NCBI GenBank assembly: GCA_977017575.1
Contig: CDRNVI010000016.1
Location: forward strand, 186,001 to 250,000
Direction: 5' to 3'
Length of the DNA stretch: 64,000 nt
Source of the DNA: Paramoeba atlantica
Taxonomy: Eukaryota > Protista > Discosea
A program made the position numbers and the translations under genes. Under the pieces are notes generated by a model. The model saw only the letters and a program-made list of their open reading frames with translations, did no database searches and was not told the DNA's origin. The number at the start of each line of letters is the position of its first letter. Positions within the stretch are counted from its first letter, which is position 1. This document shows positions 10,123 to 20,400 of this stretch, one piece after another.

Positions 10123-12348
10123 ATGGATATGCAGACAAAATGGAGCCGTAATTCAAAGCGAATTCGCTGGAGTTCGAGGCTTGTTTCGGAGAACGACCCA
10201 AATAAGAGTAGCGGACCAGTTGCACTCCCGGTGGAAGGGGCAAAACAAGCAGTAATTGACACCGTACGCAAGAACCACGTTAGCATTCTTATCGGAGAAA
10301 CTGGTAGTGGTAAAACGACGAAGCTTCCGCAGTATCTGCTGGACGCTGGACTTTTGAAGGAATTAAATTCTGGGTACTGTTCTGAACAGAAGGTGGAATA
10401 TGGCACGGCTACAAATATGTATCGCCGACGCCGCAATAAAATTTGTGTTACACAGCCTCGACGGATCGCTGCGAAAACAGTTTCCTCCTTTGTAGCCAGT
10501 GAGCGGCAGACCAGCGATGAAATCGGGTACGCGGTCCGATTTGAAGACTCCTGTACCCCACTGACCAGGATTAAGTACGTCACGGATGGGATTCTTCTGC
10601 GTGAGTTGTTTGTTGACCCGTACTTAAATGATTACGGTATTATTGTGCTGGACGAGGCACACGAACGCACTTTGAATGGTGATATTCTCTTTGCGCTGCT
10701 TAAGGCGCTACTTCGACAGCATCGGAAGAACTCGTTGCGCATTATCATAATGTCGGCAACGATGGACCCGACATTCTTTCAGAATTATTGGTCTAGACCT
10801 GGAGCCGGAGAAACGGACAACCCCAGAATAAAAGTTCAAGCGGCCTACATACAAGGAAGACAGCACACGGTATCGCTCAACTATTTGATTTCACCCGTAA
10901 AGGACTACGTAAAAACGTCCGTAAACACTGTAATGCAGCTTCTCATTGACAATGCGAAGAGCGTCTATGACGCATCACGTTCCAGTAAAAGTGATACAAG
11001 CACACTTGCGAAGGATATTTTAGTATTCCTACCGGGTTCACATGATATCGAATCTGCATATCATCTTTTGCTAGAAAAACGTGAGAAAATTATCCCCCAA
11101 ATCCGACAAATGATGAATTTCTTACCCCTTCGCCTGTATTCGGTACTCACGCAAGAAGAGCAGATGCGTATTTTTGAGCCGCTACCGACACCCCTGACAA
11201 GGAAAGTTGTTTTGGCGACTAACATTGCAGAAACTTCCATCACTATCCCCGGTGTAAAGTACGTCGTTGACGCGGGATACGTAAAGGAAAAGCGCTACGA
11301 CCCCATCTCCAAAGTTGACACTCTGCACACCGTCCCGGTCAGTCAAGCCCAAGCAAGGCAACGAGCCGGTAGGGCTGGACGAGAGGGGCCGGGGGTTTGC
11401 TTCCGTCTCTACACGGAGGACCATTTCCACTCCCAACTCCGACCCTATCCGCTTCCGGAGATTCAGCGAACGTCTGTGATTCATGTTGTTCTACAGCTGA
11501 AGGCGATGGATGTACCCAACCTTCTGCTATTCGACTTCTTGGATGCGCCGCCACGGGATGCGATTATGCGAGCCACAGAGACGCTTACCCTTCTAGGTGC
11601 GCTCGACCACGAAGGGAGAGTTACCGAAACGGGAAAGCGAATGGCGCGGATTCCGCTCGACCCCAAGGCATCGCGTTGCGTTGTGTACGCCGAACAGATG
11701 CACTGCCCAGCCACCCTGAAGGCAGTCATTACGATCTTGGCGGTGTTAAGTGTAGAATCTCTTCTCATTCAGGAAAGACGAGGTGATACAAACCGGGGAC
11801 TTCCAAAAAGCATGAAATCTTCGACTTTTCGTACATCAAAGGATGATACCGGTTCGAGAAATACATTTGAGTCCGCGGCTAGTGTGCACGGTGACCATTT
11901 TTTATACTTGGAAATTGCGAAAGAATTTGACAAACAGCGAGTGAGTGAACGCTCCTCATGGTGTAGGCGGCATGGTATTAAAACTCGTGAAATGCTAAAG
12001 GCAATGGATATCCGTGCCCAACTTTTACGTGAGATCTACCCCACACAAACAACTTTTGGACTTCATAGCGAATCGATTGACAGCGACACCTTGAGGCACA
12101 ATGTCCGAATTTCCCTGTGCAGCGGATATTTTTCACACGCTGTCAAGTGGGATAATCAAACACGTAGGTACGTCACGCTTGATACACAAAAGACCGTCAC
12201 GCTGCATCCAAACTCGGTTCTTTTTGCCAGCGGAAAGTACCGTGCGGAATACTTGATCTATCATTCCCTCGTGTCAACCGCTCGGGTTTATATGCACAAC
12301 CTCTTTGTTATTCCGGAGTCGATTCTAAAGGAATTTCGAAAACAATAG
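10123..12348 (+). CDS. DEAH-box RNA helicase (DHX33/DHR2/Prp-like)
   Basis: GETGSGKTT, TQPRRIAA, VGYAVRFED-like, DEAH, SAT, ATNIAETSITIPG, QRAGRAGR; HA2 and OB-like C-terminus (LHPNSVL). Confidence 0.9.
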   Translation: MDMQTKWSRNSKRIRWSSRLVSENDPNKSSGPVALPVEGAKQAVIDTVRKNHVSILIGETGSGKTTKLPQYLLDAGLLKELNSGYCSEQKVEYGTATNMYRRRRNKICVTQPRRIAAKTVSSFVASERQTSDEIGYAVRFEDSCTPLTRIKYVTDGILLRELFVDPYLNDYGIIVLDEAHERTLNGDILFALLKALLRQHRKNSLRIIIMSATMDPTFFQNYWSRPGAGETDNPRIKVQAAYIQGRQHTVSLNYLISPVKDYVKTSVNTVMQLLIDNAKSVYDASRSSKSDTSTLAKDILVFLPGSHDIESAYHLLLEKREKIIPQIRQMMNFLPLRLYSVLTQEEQMRIFEPLPTPLTRKVVLATNIAETSITIPGVKYVVDAGYVKEKRYDPISKVDTLHTVPVSQAQARQRAGRAGREGPGVCFRLYTEDHFHSQLRPYPLPEIQRTSVIHVVLQLKAMDVPNLLLFDFLDAPPRDAIMRATETLTLLGALDHEGRVTETGKRMARIPLDPKASRCVVYAEQMHCPATLKAVITILAVLSVESLLIQERRGDTNRGLPKSMKSSTFRTSKDDTGSRNTFESAASVHGDHFLYLEIAKEFDKQRVSERSSWCRRHGIKTREMLKAMDIRAQLLREIYPTQTTFGLHSESIDSDTLRHNVRISLCSGYFSHAVKWDNQTRRYVTLDTQKTVTLHPNSVLFASGKYRAEYLIYHSLVSTARVYMHNLFVIPESILKEFRKQ

Positions 12349-12626
12349 GCTACCGTGATAATGATAAAAGCGAAGTGCAAGTTTCTGATTTCCTGTGGTG
12401 ATGATTTTTAAACTTTTTAATTGCCTAAGGTTAGAGCCCTTTAATTTGGTTAGAGCCCCTTAAATACTCGGGAACTGTAGATTAGGCATTTGTTTAGGTT
12501 GCCGATTTCTCTGACTACAAAGATTATTCCCTAGACTGCTTTATTTTTGCACTGAACATGTAATAAACCCACTGTCCCCCTACTCGAACCGATCAACCCC
12601 GCCCGCACAACAGAACCCCGCTGAAA

Positions 12627-14054
12627 ATGACCACCACCCCCTCCCACGCCCCTCTCTGGGTATGCCTCCTCACCCAAGCCGTCTCCGTCCTCGGCGACGC
12701 CTTCGGCCAGCGCACCGCCCGGGTCTACCACCCCCACTCCTACCGTCGTTTCCTCCTCACCCTCACCCTCGTCAGTGCCACCCAAACCTTCCTCACCCTC
12801 ACCCTGGTCCAGACCCTCGCCCCCGCCCTCACCACCCAGCACTGGGCCACCGACCCCCGCACGGGACACTGGCACGACAGCTGTACCCCCAGCCCCCCCG
12901 GGGCTACCCTCCCCCCTGCCGCCTCCAACCCCCCCATCGACACGAACTGCTACCCCCAGGGCCCGCTGTCGATCCCGCGGGCCCTGGCGCAGTGCCCCGC
13001 GGTGCTGGCGAACCCGCTCGTCAACGCGGTGTACTACCTGAGCGAGGCGGTGCTCTACGCCCACCCCCTCGGGCTGGTGCTGCTCGTGCTCGCCTCGCTG
13101 GCCTCCACGCTGGTGGTCGCCCCGCTGCAGTCGGCGCTGCGGGTGGGGCGCCGGGGGGAGGTGGCGGGCCACGTGGTGGTGCTGGGGGTGCTGGGGGCGC
13201 TGCTCTCGGTGTGCGAGAACCCGGGGAGGGGGGAGGGGAGGGGAAGGGAGAAGGGGGAGGGGGAAGCGCAACGGGAGGGGGAGGGGGAGGGGGAGGGGGA
13301 GGGGGGGGAGGGCAACACAGGGAGGGGGGGAGAGAAGGGGAAAGGAAACGGGGCGGAGGGGGAGAGCGGGGTGGAAAAGGGGGCAGAAACGGTGGCGGGT
13401 GAGGGGTGGGGGTCGTCTCTGGTTCGCGTGCGTAGAGCAGATCACGTAACAAAGAGAGGTCGCTTGGTGAGAAAGATGATTTCTTCGGCTTGCGTGTCGT
13501 TTTTACCCCTTTTTGTTCCATTTTCCATGTTGAGTCTTACCTATGCTGCTTTTTTTCTTGCTATGGCGTTCTACCATGAGCACTGCGGGTTAAATGCCTG
13601 GGGTTATAACGCTTTTGATCAAGTAACCATGCCTCCGTTTATTTTACTTCTTCTCTTGGCGTGGGATGCCCTAATCTATCTCTTCCCCAGCCTTAAAAAG
13701 CCGAACACCGTGCACTACACGACCCTCCAAGAGATCAAAATCACTTTCAAGGAGGCCACGGACAATCGCTGCGCTGGACTGTTGTGCTGCCTTGCTTATC
13801 GGACGCTAATCAACACGCGAGCCATTGCCTATACCTATCTTGCAGTTCTCTTCGATCTCAATGAGGTTTATCTGAAACTTACCTTGATACGAGTGGCGCT
13901 TTCCTGGGTTGCTTCACTAATTCTGGTTCTTTTGCTGCCGCGCTTTATTTTGGCCACAACACAAGAGAGAAAAAGTTTTGCGGATCCGATCAATATGACA
14001 CTTCACGCACTTGGGACTGCATTGTTGACGTTGTCACTATTTTTTATGCGATGA
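12627..14054 (+). CDS. Multi-pass membrane protein (possibly DMT superfamily) with Gly/Glu-rich loop
   Basis: 475-aa ORF with roughly 9-10 hydrophobic segments; the 5' half lies in a GC-skew island. Confidence 0.6.
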   Translation: MTTTPSHAPLWVCLLTQAVSVLGDAFGQRTARVYHPHSYRRFLLTLTLVSATQTFLTLTLVQTLAPALTTQHWATDPRTGHWHDSCTPSPPGATLPPAASNPPIDTNCYPQGPLSIPRALAQCPAVLANPLVNAVYYLSEAVLYAHPLGLVLLVLASLASTLVVAPLQSALRVGRRGEVAGHVVVLGVLGALLSVCENPGRGEGRGREKGEGEAQREGEGEGEGEGGEGNTGRGGEKGKGNGAEGESGVEKGAETVAGEGWGSSLVRVRRADHVTKRGRLVRKMISSACVSFLPLFVPFSMLSLTYAAFFLAMAFYHEHCGLNAWGYNAFDQVTMPPFILLLLLAWDALIYLFPSLKKPNTVHYTTLQEIKITFKEATDNRCAGLLCCLAYRTLINTRAIAYTYLAVLFDLNEVYLKLTLIRVALSWVASLILVLLLPRFILATTQERKSFADPINMTLHALGTALLTLSLFFMR

Positions 14055-14799
14055 CAAAAAGAATTGTAAGCGATATACAAGGACACCTTTTACAAGTGTA
14101 GCTCAAATTAGTGACAACTTATAGCTCAAATTATAGCTCAAATTCCACTTGCTCAATTTCGACCCGATATGAATTGTTGACCCGCCAGAACTCCACTAGT
14201 TTTCCTACTTACGACACTATTGGCAATAGCCCAGCAATAATTGCTGGTAGTTTACTGGGATGCTGATCGTATGAGTGTATTGCTACCTGACCTGTACAGG
14301 TTTTGTTGTTTAGAATACTAGTAATCCAGGGAGGAGCGGTTATAGTAGTCATACACCCACCGAAAGTGAGAGCGTCTCAAGTTAGGTACTTGAAGTCCTG
14401 TGGACGGACTCTCGTTAAGTCAGTGGCTTCTTCGCCTGTAGACGTAGTTAAAAACGGAATTTTGTGAAGCCTTGCAATTTGGTGATCATGATTATCCTAT
14501 GTAAGCCAGAGTTGAACCAGTATCATTCGATACGTACTTTGAGTTCTATACTCCAGAAAAGGAGATTATTATAAATATGGAAAAGGAGTTTTCCATATTT
14601 TCCTTGATTTTTATATTCCTTGATTTTTATATTCCTTGATTTTTTTTGGTATTGTTTTCGCTGCTAGAAAAAATACTTAGCACTTCTACGTACATGGACC
14701 ATTCAAAACATAGTGTTCGATATTGTACATATCGAATGTACATACGATATGCATGATATTGTAGACTTTTTATACACGAAAATATATATTGACAAATCC

Positions 14800-15405
14800 A
14801 TGACTGCAAAAAAGACGAAAACCGCGTCCAAGGCGCCTAAATCAAAACAGAAAAAGGAGAAAAATGCGGAAAAGAATGTGCACGCCGAAAATGTAATCTA
14901 CATTGGACATATTCCTCCGGACTTTTCTGAAAAACCGTTGACTTCCTTTTTGTCGCAGTTTGGCACGACTAAGCACTTCGTATTGTCGCGGAGCCCTAAA
15001 ACGGGTCGATCCCGTGGTTACGCATTCGCTCAATTCACGGACGCCCAAGGGGCGCAAGAGGCATCTCGTGAGCTCCATGGATTCGTGCTCGGGGGTCGCA
15101 GTTTAGTGTCCCATGTGATGGAAGATGACAAGGTGAGTCCGTTCATGTGGCGCAGATGGGATCAGCTCCATAGGATTCACATCGATCATACTCGACGTGT
15201 GAAAGGATATACCCCTGCAGTTCGAATACAGCCGCGGAATACGGTATCTGCCATCACCGAACATTTGCGAAAAATGATTGAAATGGAGAAAAAGCATAAT
15301 GAAGCGTTGAAGCGCCTCGGCATTGACTATGTTTTTAATGGCTTTCAGGCCCAGGAAGGGATCTTGGTTCAAAGAAAAACAGAAATTCTGCCTCAAGAAG
15401 AGTAA
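14800..15405 (+). CDS. NOP15: RRM ribosome biogenesis factor NOP15/NIFK
   Basis: RNP2 VIYIGHIP, RNP1 RSRGYAFAQF, SRSPKTGRS loop and C-terminal LKRLGIDYVF, all typical of Nop15/NIFK. Start placed at ATG 14800. Confidence 0.75.
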   Translation: MTAKKTKTASKAPKSKQKKEKNAEKNVHAENVIYIGHIPPDFSEKPLTSFLSQFGTTKHFVLSRSPKTGRSRGYAFAQFTDAQGAQEASRELHGFVLGGRSLVSHVMEDDKVSPFMWRRWDQLHRIHIDHTRRVKGYTPAVRIQPRNTVSAITEHLRKMIEMEKKHNEALKRLGIDYVFNGFQAQEGILVQRKTEILPQEE

Positions 15406-15817
15406 CTTGATAATTCCAGACCAACTACTAAAAATATAGCGATACAGCTTTGCAAATCGACTTTTTGATGAAACTATAGCTTTTATGTTGTATTGTGCCT
15501 ATGACCACTGATTACAGACATGACAAAAATCTTTTGATATACTACTGTATTCTATAGCACGTAGTACGTGTATTACTTACAAACAGTCATGTATCACGAC
15601 AATACACTGCTGCCGAATGTTGATCCCTGTGTGTTGTATCGTACTGTACTTAACGACTGTACTAATTACAGTAGTAAATGTAAACGAGAATTTATCTTGA
15701 AGAATCATGAATTTTCTTCACTAGTTCATTATCTGCAACGTGTGTGAGAGAGCAATAGGAGAGTACAGTTTTTTTTCCAAAAAAAAACGGCATTACTTAT
15801 TTTTCATAATTATAAGA

Positions 15818-16582
15818 ATGGGGGAACTTCGGCCTACAGAATACAGGACATCCGATCTCAAGATCAAAGAACCATTCGAACTTAATTCCATAGAAAGAGC
15901 AAAATCGTACAAATTGGAAGGAAACGATGCATACAGAAAGGAATTTTATTTAAATGCGATGAAGCTATACGAAACTGCGCTTCAAACATTGTCTATCCCA
16001 TTAAATTCGACGAATAGCGACCCGAAAGAGACATTAGAACTCCCAGAAGTTAATTCCGCTCAAAAACAAAAAGTGAAAAACGAGTGTACAGATGACTCGG
16101 GAGACGTTCGTCCTTTGCAGGAGAACCAGCTTATTGCAAACCTGTTTCTGAACTTAGGATTGTGTACGCTAAAAACAGAAATAGATGAGGGATTAAATTT
16201 GGAGAAGTCTTCCAGTCCAGAAAACGGAAATACAAACACTTTACGTCGTGATCGAGCAATACGGTTCTTCACGTCCGCCATTAAACATAATAAGCAATAT
16301 GGGAAGGCGTACTACAGAAGGGCAGATTGCCACATGGACAGCGAAAATTTTTCGACGGCCCATGCCGATTACGTAAAATCCAAGGAGGTGGGATTTGCCG
16401 ATCTCTACCTTGACGTTAAAATAGAAAACGCAAGAAAGAAAATGGAAGAACAAACGGCCAAAGCGCTTCAAGATCTTAAATCTCTAGGAAGTTCTATATT
16501 AGGAAAGTTTGGGTTGAGTCTAGATAATTTCAAAACTAAGAAAAATGAATCTGGGGGTTACAGCATCAGTTATGAGAACTAG
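15818..16582 (+). CDS. TTC1: Tetratricopeptide repeat protein 1
   Basis: TPR motifs (KLEGNDAY..., KAYYRRA) and C-terminus LKSLGSSILGKFGLSLDNFK...GGYSISY resembling TTC1. First ATG at 15818. Confidence 0.75.
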   Translation: MGELRPTEYRTSDLKIKEPFELNSIERAKSYKLEGNDAYRKEFYLNAMKLYETALQTLSIPLNSTNSDPKETLELPEVNSAQKQKVKNECTDDSGDVRPLQENQLIANLFLNLGLCTLKTEIDEGLNLEKSSSPENGNTNTLRRDRAIRFFTSAIKHNKQYGKAYYRRADCHMDSENFSTAHADYVKSKEVGFADLYLDVKIENARKKMEEQTAKALQDLKSLGSSILGKFGLSLDNFKTKKNESGGYSISYEN

Positions 16583-17007
16583 AAACTACAGCCATACGCG
16601 GGTAGTGGACAAGGACTGCCATATAGGAAATTCTACTTGAATTCGTAAATTACCTTAACATTCTTAGGCATTTTAGTGACTAGATCCTATTCATGTATGT
16701 ACGTGAAGATCTACTTGTGCTTTTGCTTGCATTATCTTTATAATATGGTGTACTCAAGCGTGAAATGTAGTGTAGTACGTTGGGTATGGAGCCTGCCAAA
16801 AATAGTGTAGGGTGTATTTTGCAATACAATGTTTGAGACATTTAACAACTTTGCTACCCCGATTTACAAATGTTTGCATGTGATTCTGAAACAATTGAGC
16901 CTCTGGAACGCTTGGCTCAAAACGAAACGATCTTCTCGATACGCTTAACTTCTTCGTAAGAATGTTTGATATTCTAACACCATGCCTTTAATAGAGCACG
17001 GCCATCA

Positions 17008-20000
17008 ATGACTGATATCACAATAGCCCTTAGGCCAATATTCTGTGCAACAGGATTTGAACTTAATTTCCCTATTGATTTGACTGATGCAATTCTCAAG
17101 GACCCGAACGGGAGTCAAACAAGTGAAGCCACTGGTTACTTTTCCCGTGCTATTGAGGTAGGAAGGGGTAGTGACTGCACCGTAACGCTCACGGACGAAC
17201 CAAAGCATGCGATATTTTCTCGACGCCATTTTCGTCTTGTATGTCAGGCACCATTTCCTTCCAGCGAATCAATAAGCGCGGAGTACATGAGGCAATGTAT
17301 ACACACTGACCAGGCCCATTTCTTTATTCAAGACCTGGAGTCGATGAACGGAACTTTTGTAAACGGTGTTCGACTTCAATCTAATGCACGGGCGCCTATT
17401 CATGCTGGAGATAAAATAGGATTTGGTTCTCGAAACGGAATCAAAATGAAAGTCGAATATATTTTTGCGGTTGACGGAGCATCTACAAACTGTGTAGTGG
17501 ATCCGATGGGGCAGGACGGTAAAGTACAGCGAATATCAAGAAACGTAGAAAGTGAATTAAATACGGAACAACGCACGAATATTCTTCCTGCTGTTCCACT
17601 CACTTTATCGGACGACACTTCATCAGGTCATGACTTAAAGGAGAAATTATATTATTGCAATACATCGATATGGAAGAATCGCAATATTCAAAAGAAAGAA
17701 TTATTTAGTACACCAGCCGTATCGCTGACGAACACCTATAGTAAAGCACTGGAAGCGGGGGCAACGAGGGCAACGGGCTTAGCAGATAAAAAGTTCGACG
17801 TTGAGAAAAATTCTGAGCGTACCCGCAATTTATCAACAGACCGCCGATCCGAAGACATAGAAAATAAAAAAGTGGAGGTCAAAAATCGTCTTAAAAATAC
17901 GTTGAAAGTTGCTAGTTCCGTGGTACGTCCACGAGCCTTGTTTCAAAGCCCACCTGAATCTTTTGACCAAGTGGATTCCTTTCCGTACGAAATCGACGCA
18001 TCATCGAATCAAAAGGTTACCCCAGGAAAGGTCAAGGCTCGTAGTGATTCGTTCCCTAGCGTGGTTAATGGAGAAGCTCCTATTGTATCAAGCGCTGCGA
18101 ACGGTACAGATGTGCACGTGTCTCCATACAAACACCCAGCGTCTGTTACATTTGATGGGACCGCGCATGCTGAAAGCTCAGTAATGCGCAACTCAAATGT
18201 TCATTCCGAAATGAGGATATCAAAATATCAAAAGAATCACCTCAAATCTCACCAAGTTCAAGCCCTTACGTTTTTATGGAAACGTTTAATCTTGGAAAAA
18301 CAAAGAGGAGCCATTCTAGCTCATTATATGGGCTTAGGAAAAACATTCACTGCGATTTCTTTCCTTGACCGTGCATGTGCGCAACTTCCGCCGCACAGAG
18401 GGCTGATATTGGCTCCACAGCAAGTGCTCCCTATTTGGAAGCAGGAGATGGATCGTTGGGGTGGTGACGAGTTTGGTCGTTATGCGTTTGCACCTCATTT
18501 CGTGGAAGATGTTTCACCTACTGCTAGGTCACGTATGGAACGAATAGAAGAAGGCCTGCAACATCTACTTCGACGTAAGAACGGCGTCCTAGGTATGAGC
18601 TTTGCTTCTCTTTTAGCACTTTATTCATTTAAGAATAATGCGGAAAAGAAACTGAAGGCATTCTCGAAAGCGCGAAAGGATGAAATTTCAATAGAAACGA
18701 TGTCTGAAAGCTATAGAGATGCATTACAGCCCAGTCAAATACCGAGTGACGAGTACTTCGATCAGAACCGCTTGGCACAACGGCTAGGATCGGCCAAGAA
18801 CATATCTCGAGTAAAGGATACGGACGGATACGCCCGTCTTTGTGAGGGAATACGCTGGGTGATAGTTGATGAGGCTACAATGTTGGAAAGTCGTTCTACT
18901 CGATTGTACTCTGCGATTTCCGCTCTCAGGAAAGCCAAATTTATCTTTCTATTGGGTAATCCACAACCAGCAAAAACACAATTAGAAACTCTATTAAGCC
19001 TGACTACGTTTGGTGACGTGCCCCACACACGTCAGGGACGTTTTTCTGGCCATGGAAGTCAAGCAGTGCATCCAACTCTGGATATTCGTACAATTGAGAT
19101 CCTCGAAAAGCACCTTCCGCCTGTTAAAAACTATGCCCTTTTTATTCGTATTAGCTCTTTGCAGAGGGAGCTTTACAACGGGTTTATTCGCCAGGGTGAT
19201 CCACAGAGAGAGGAACCCACACACCTTAAAAGTCGCGAAACCGAGGAAAAGAGTCGCATTATACTCCACGCACTGCTTTCGAAAATTTGCGCACATACCG
19301 ATCTTATATTGGACCATGCCATAGATCAGAATTCGTCAACGAGTATCTGTAAAGCAATTCCTCTAAATGGACGTAAAGGAAAGCGCAAATTACCACAACT
19401 TACTTTCGACGTGGTAGAGGAGGACAAGAGTAGAAGGACTCAACCGAACACCTGGATGAAAACATTGCTTGATGCTTCTTACGTCAGATGTAATCTTCAT
19501 CACAATCCGAAAGCTGTTATTCTTCTTAATGCCATTAAGGCCTCCATCCTGCAAGGCAGAAAATGTGTAGTGTTTTCTCAATTCGAAGAAGTGCTAACTA
19601 TTTTAGAAACTCTTTTGTCCTTGACGCCGCTGCCAGGCATATCGCGCACATGTACGTATGAGACGAATACAGCTGCAGAAAAACTGAAAAATGGAGTAAA
19701 CTTTATTAATCTCTCGGCTCTCTCAGCTAATACAAATCTTAGAAATGGGATCGTTGAGCTGTACAACGATACAACAAGTGCTCTTAAAGTTGTGCTACTT
19801 ACGTATCGCACTGGCTCATTGGGATACAGTCTTGTGGCCACCTCTGATGTCTATCTTTATGACGCCACGTGGAATTCACAAATGGAGAAGTCTGCCATAG
19901 CACGTGTGTATCGCTACGGCCAGAAAAATTGCGTGAATGTGTTTCGGCTGATTTCTCAAAACACAATAGAAGCCGACCTTTTCGCGCGCTCAGAGCTTCG

Positions 20001-20208
20001 AACCACTCATAGTGCCTGGTTGAGTCATATCACCGATATTCTCGGAGAAATGAAATCGAGTGAGCCACTGAGCATACCGTCCCCTTCTTCCGACAACGGT
20101 GTCGACTGGGAGGCCGTCCGGCAAATGGACCCAGTTCTTAATTTTCTTTCTAAAAAGGAGCACCATATCAGTGCTGTAAAGAAGTGCAAGGTGCGGAGCG
20201 ATAGATAG
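17008..20208 (+). CDS. FHA domain plus SNF2-family (ATRX/Rad54-like) ATPase
   Basis: FHA motifs VGRG, FSRRH, DLESMNGTFVNG; SNF2 motifs HQVQAL, GAILAHYMGLGKT, IVDEAT, VVFSQF, YDATWN, ARVYRYGQ. Confidence 0.85.
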   Translation: MTDITIALRPIFCATGFELNFPIDLTDAILKDPNGSQTSEATGYFSRAIEVGRGSDCTVTLTDEPKHAIFSRRHFRLVCQAPFPSSESISAEYMRQCIHTDQAHFFIQDLESMNGTFVNGVRLQSNARAPIHAGDKIGFGSRNGIKMKVEYIFAVDGASTNCVVDPMGQDGKVQRISRNVESELNTEQRTNILPAVPLTLSDDTSSGHDLKEKLYYCNTSIWKNRNIQKKELFSTPAVSLTNTYSKALEAGATRATGLADKKFDVEKNSERTRNLSTDRRSEDIENKKVEVKNRLKNTLKVASSVVRPRALFQSPPESFDQVDSFPYEIDASSNQKVTPGKVKARSDSFPSVVNGEAPIVSSAANGTDVHVSPYKHPASVTFDGTAHAESSVMRNSNVHSEMRISKYQKNHLKSHQVQALTFLWKRLILEKQRGAILAHYMGLGKTFTAISFLDRACAQLPPHRGLILAPQQVLPIWKQEMDRWGGDEFGRYAFAPHFVEDVSPTARSRMERIEEGLQHLLRRKNGVLGMSFASLLALYSFKNNAEKKLKAFSKARKDEISIETMSESYRDALQPSQIPSDEYFDQNRLAQRLGSAKNISRVKDTDGYARLCEGIRWVIVDEATMLESRSTRLYSAISALRKAKFIFLLGNPQPAKTQLETLLSLTTFGDVPHTRQGRFSGHGSQAVHPTLDIRTIEILEKHLPPVKNYALFIRISSLQRELYNGFIRQGDPQREEPTHLKSRETEEKSRIILHALLSKICAHTDLILDHAIDQNSSTSICKAIPLNGRKGKRKLPQLTFDVVEEDKSRRTQPNTWMKTLLDASYVRCNLHHNPKAVILLNAIKASILQGRKCVVFSQFEEVLTILETLLSLTPLPGISRTCTYETNTAAEKLKNGVNFINLSALSANTNLRNGIVELYNDTTSALKVVLLTYRTGSLGYSLVATSDVYLYDATWNSQMEKSAIARVYRYGQKNCVNVFRLISQNTIEADLFARSELRTTHSAWLSHITDILGEMKSSEPLSIPSPSSDNGVDWEAVRQMDPVLNFLSKKEHHISAVKKCKVRSDR

Positions 20209-20400
20209 AGCTTAGAAATAGAGAACTCGAATCCGATTCATTAGAAGTAAACGTGTTTCCATGTACATAACATGTGTCCATGTATTCCCACCAAAAACTA
20301 TAAATTTATTCTACGTACACTGCACAAGTTCTGACTTTCGTTTGGTCTAATCTATACCGGTACTAGGAAACGGAAGTTTCATCTTTAGTTTTTTTCTGAT

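Noticed and set aside
12429-12500. Interstitial telomeric repeat
   Set aside because: Only isolated GGTTAG/TTAGG words, no TTAGGG array.
12531-13521. Overlapping Pro/Gly-rich ORFs on both strands
   Set aside because: Shadow ORFs caused by stop-poor GC-rich DNA; only 12627..14054 gives a coherent protein.
17008-20208. JBP2 (base J) assignment
   Set aside because: The N-terminus is an FHA domain; no thymidine hydroxylase domain is seen.
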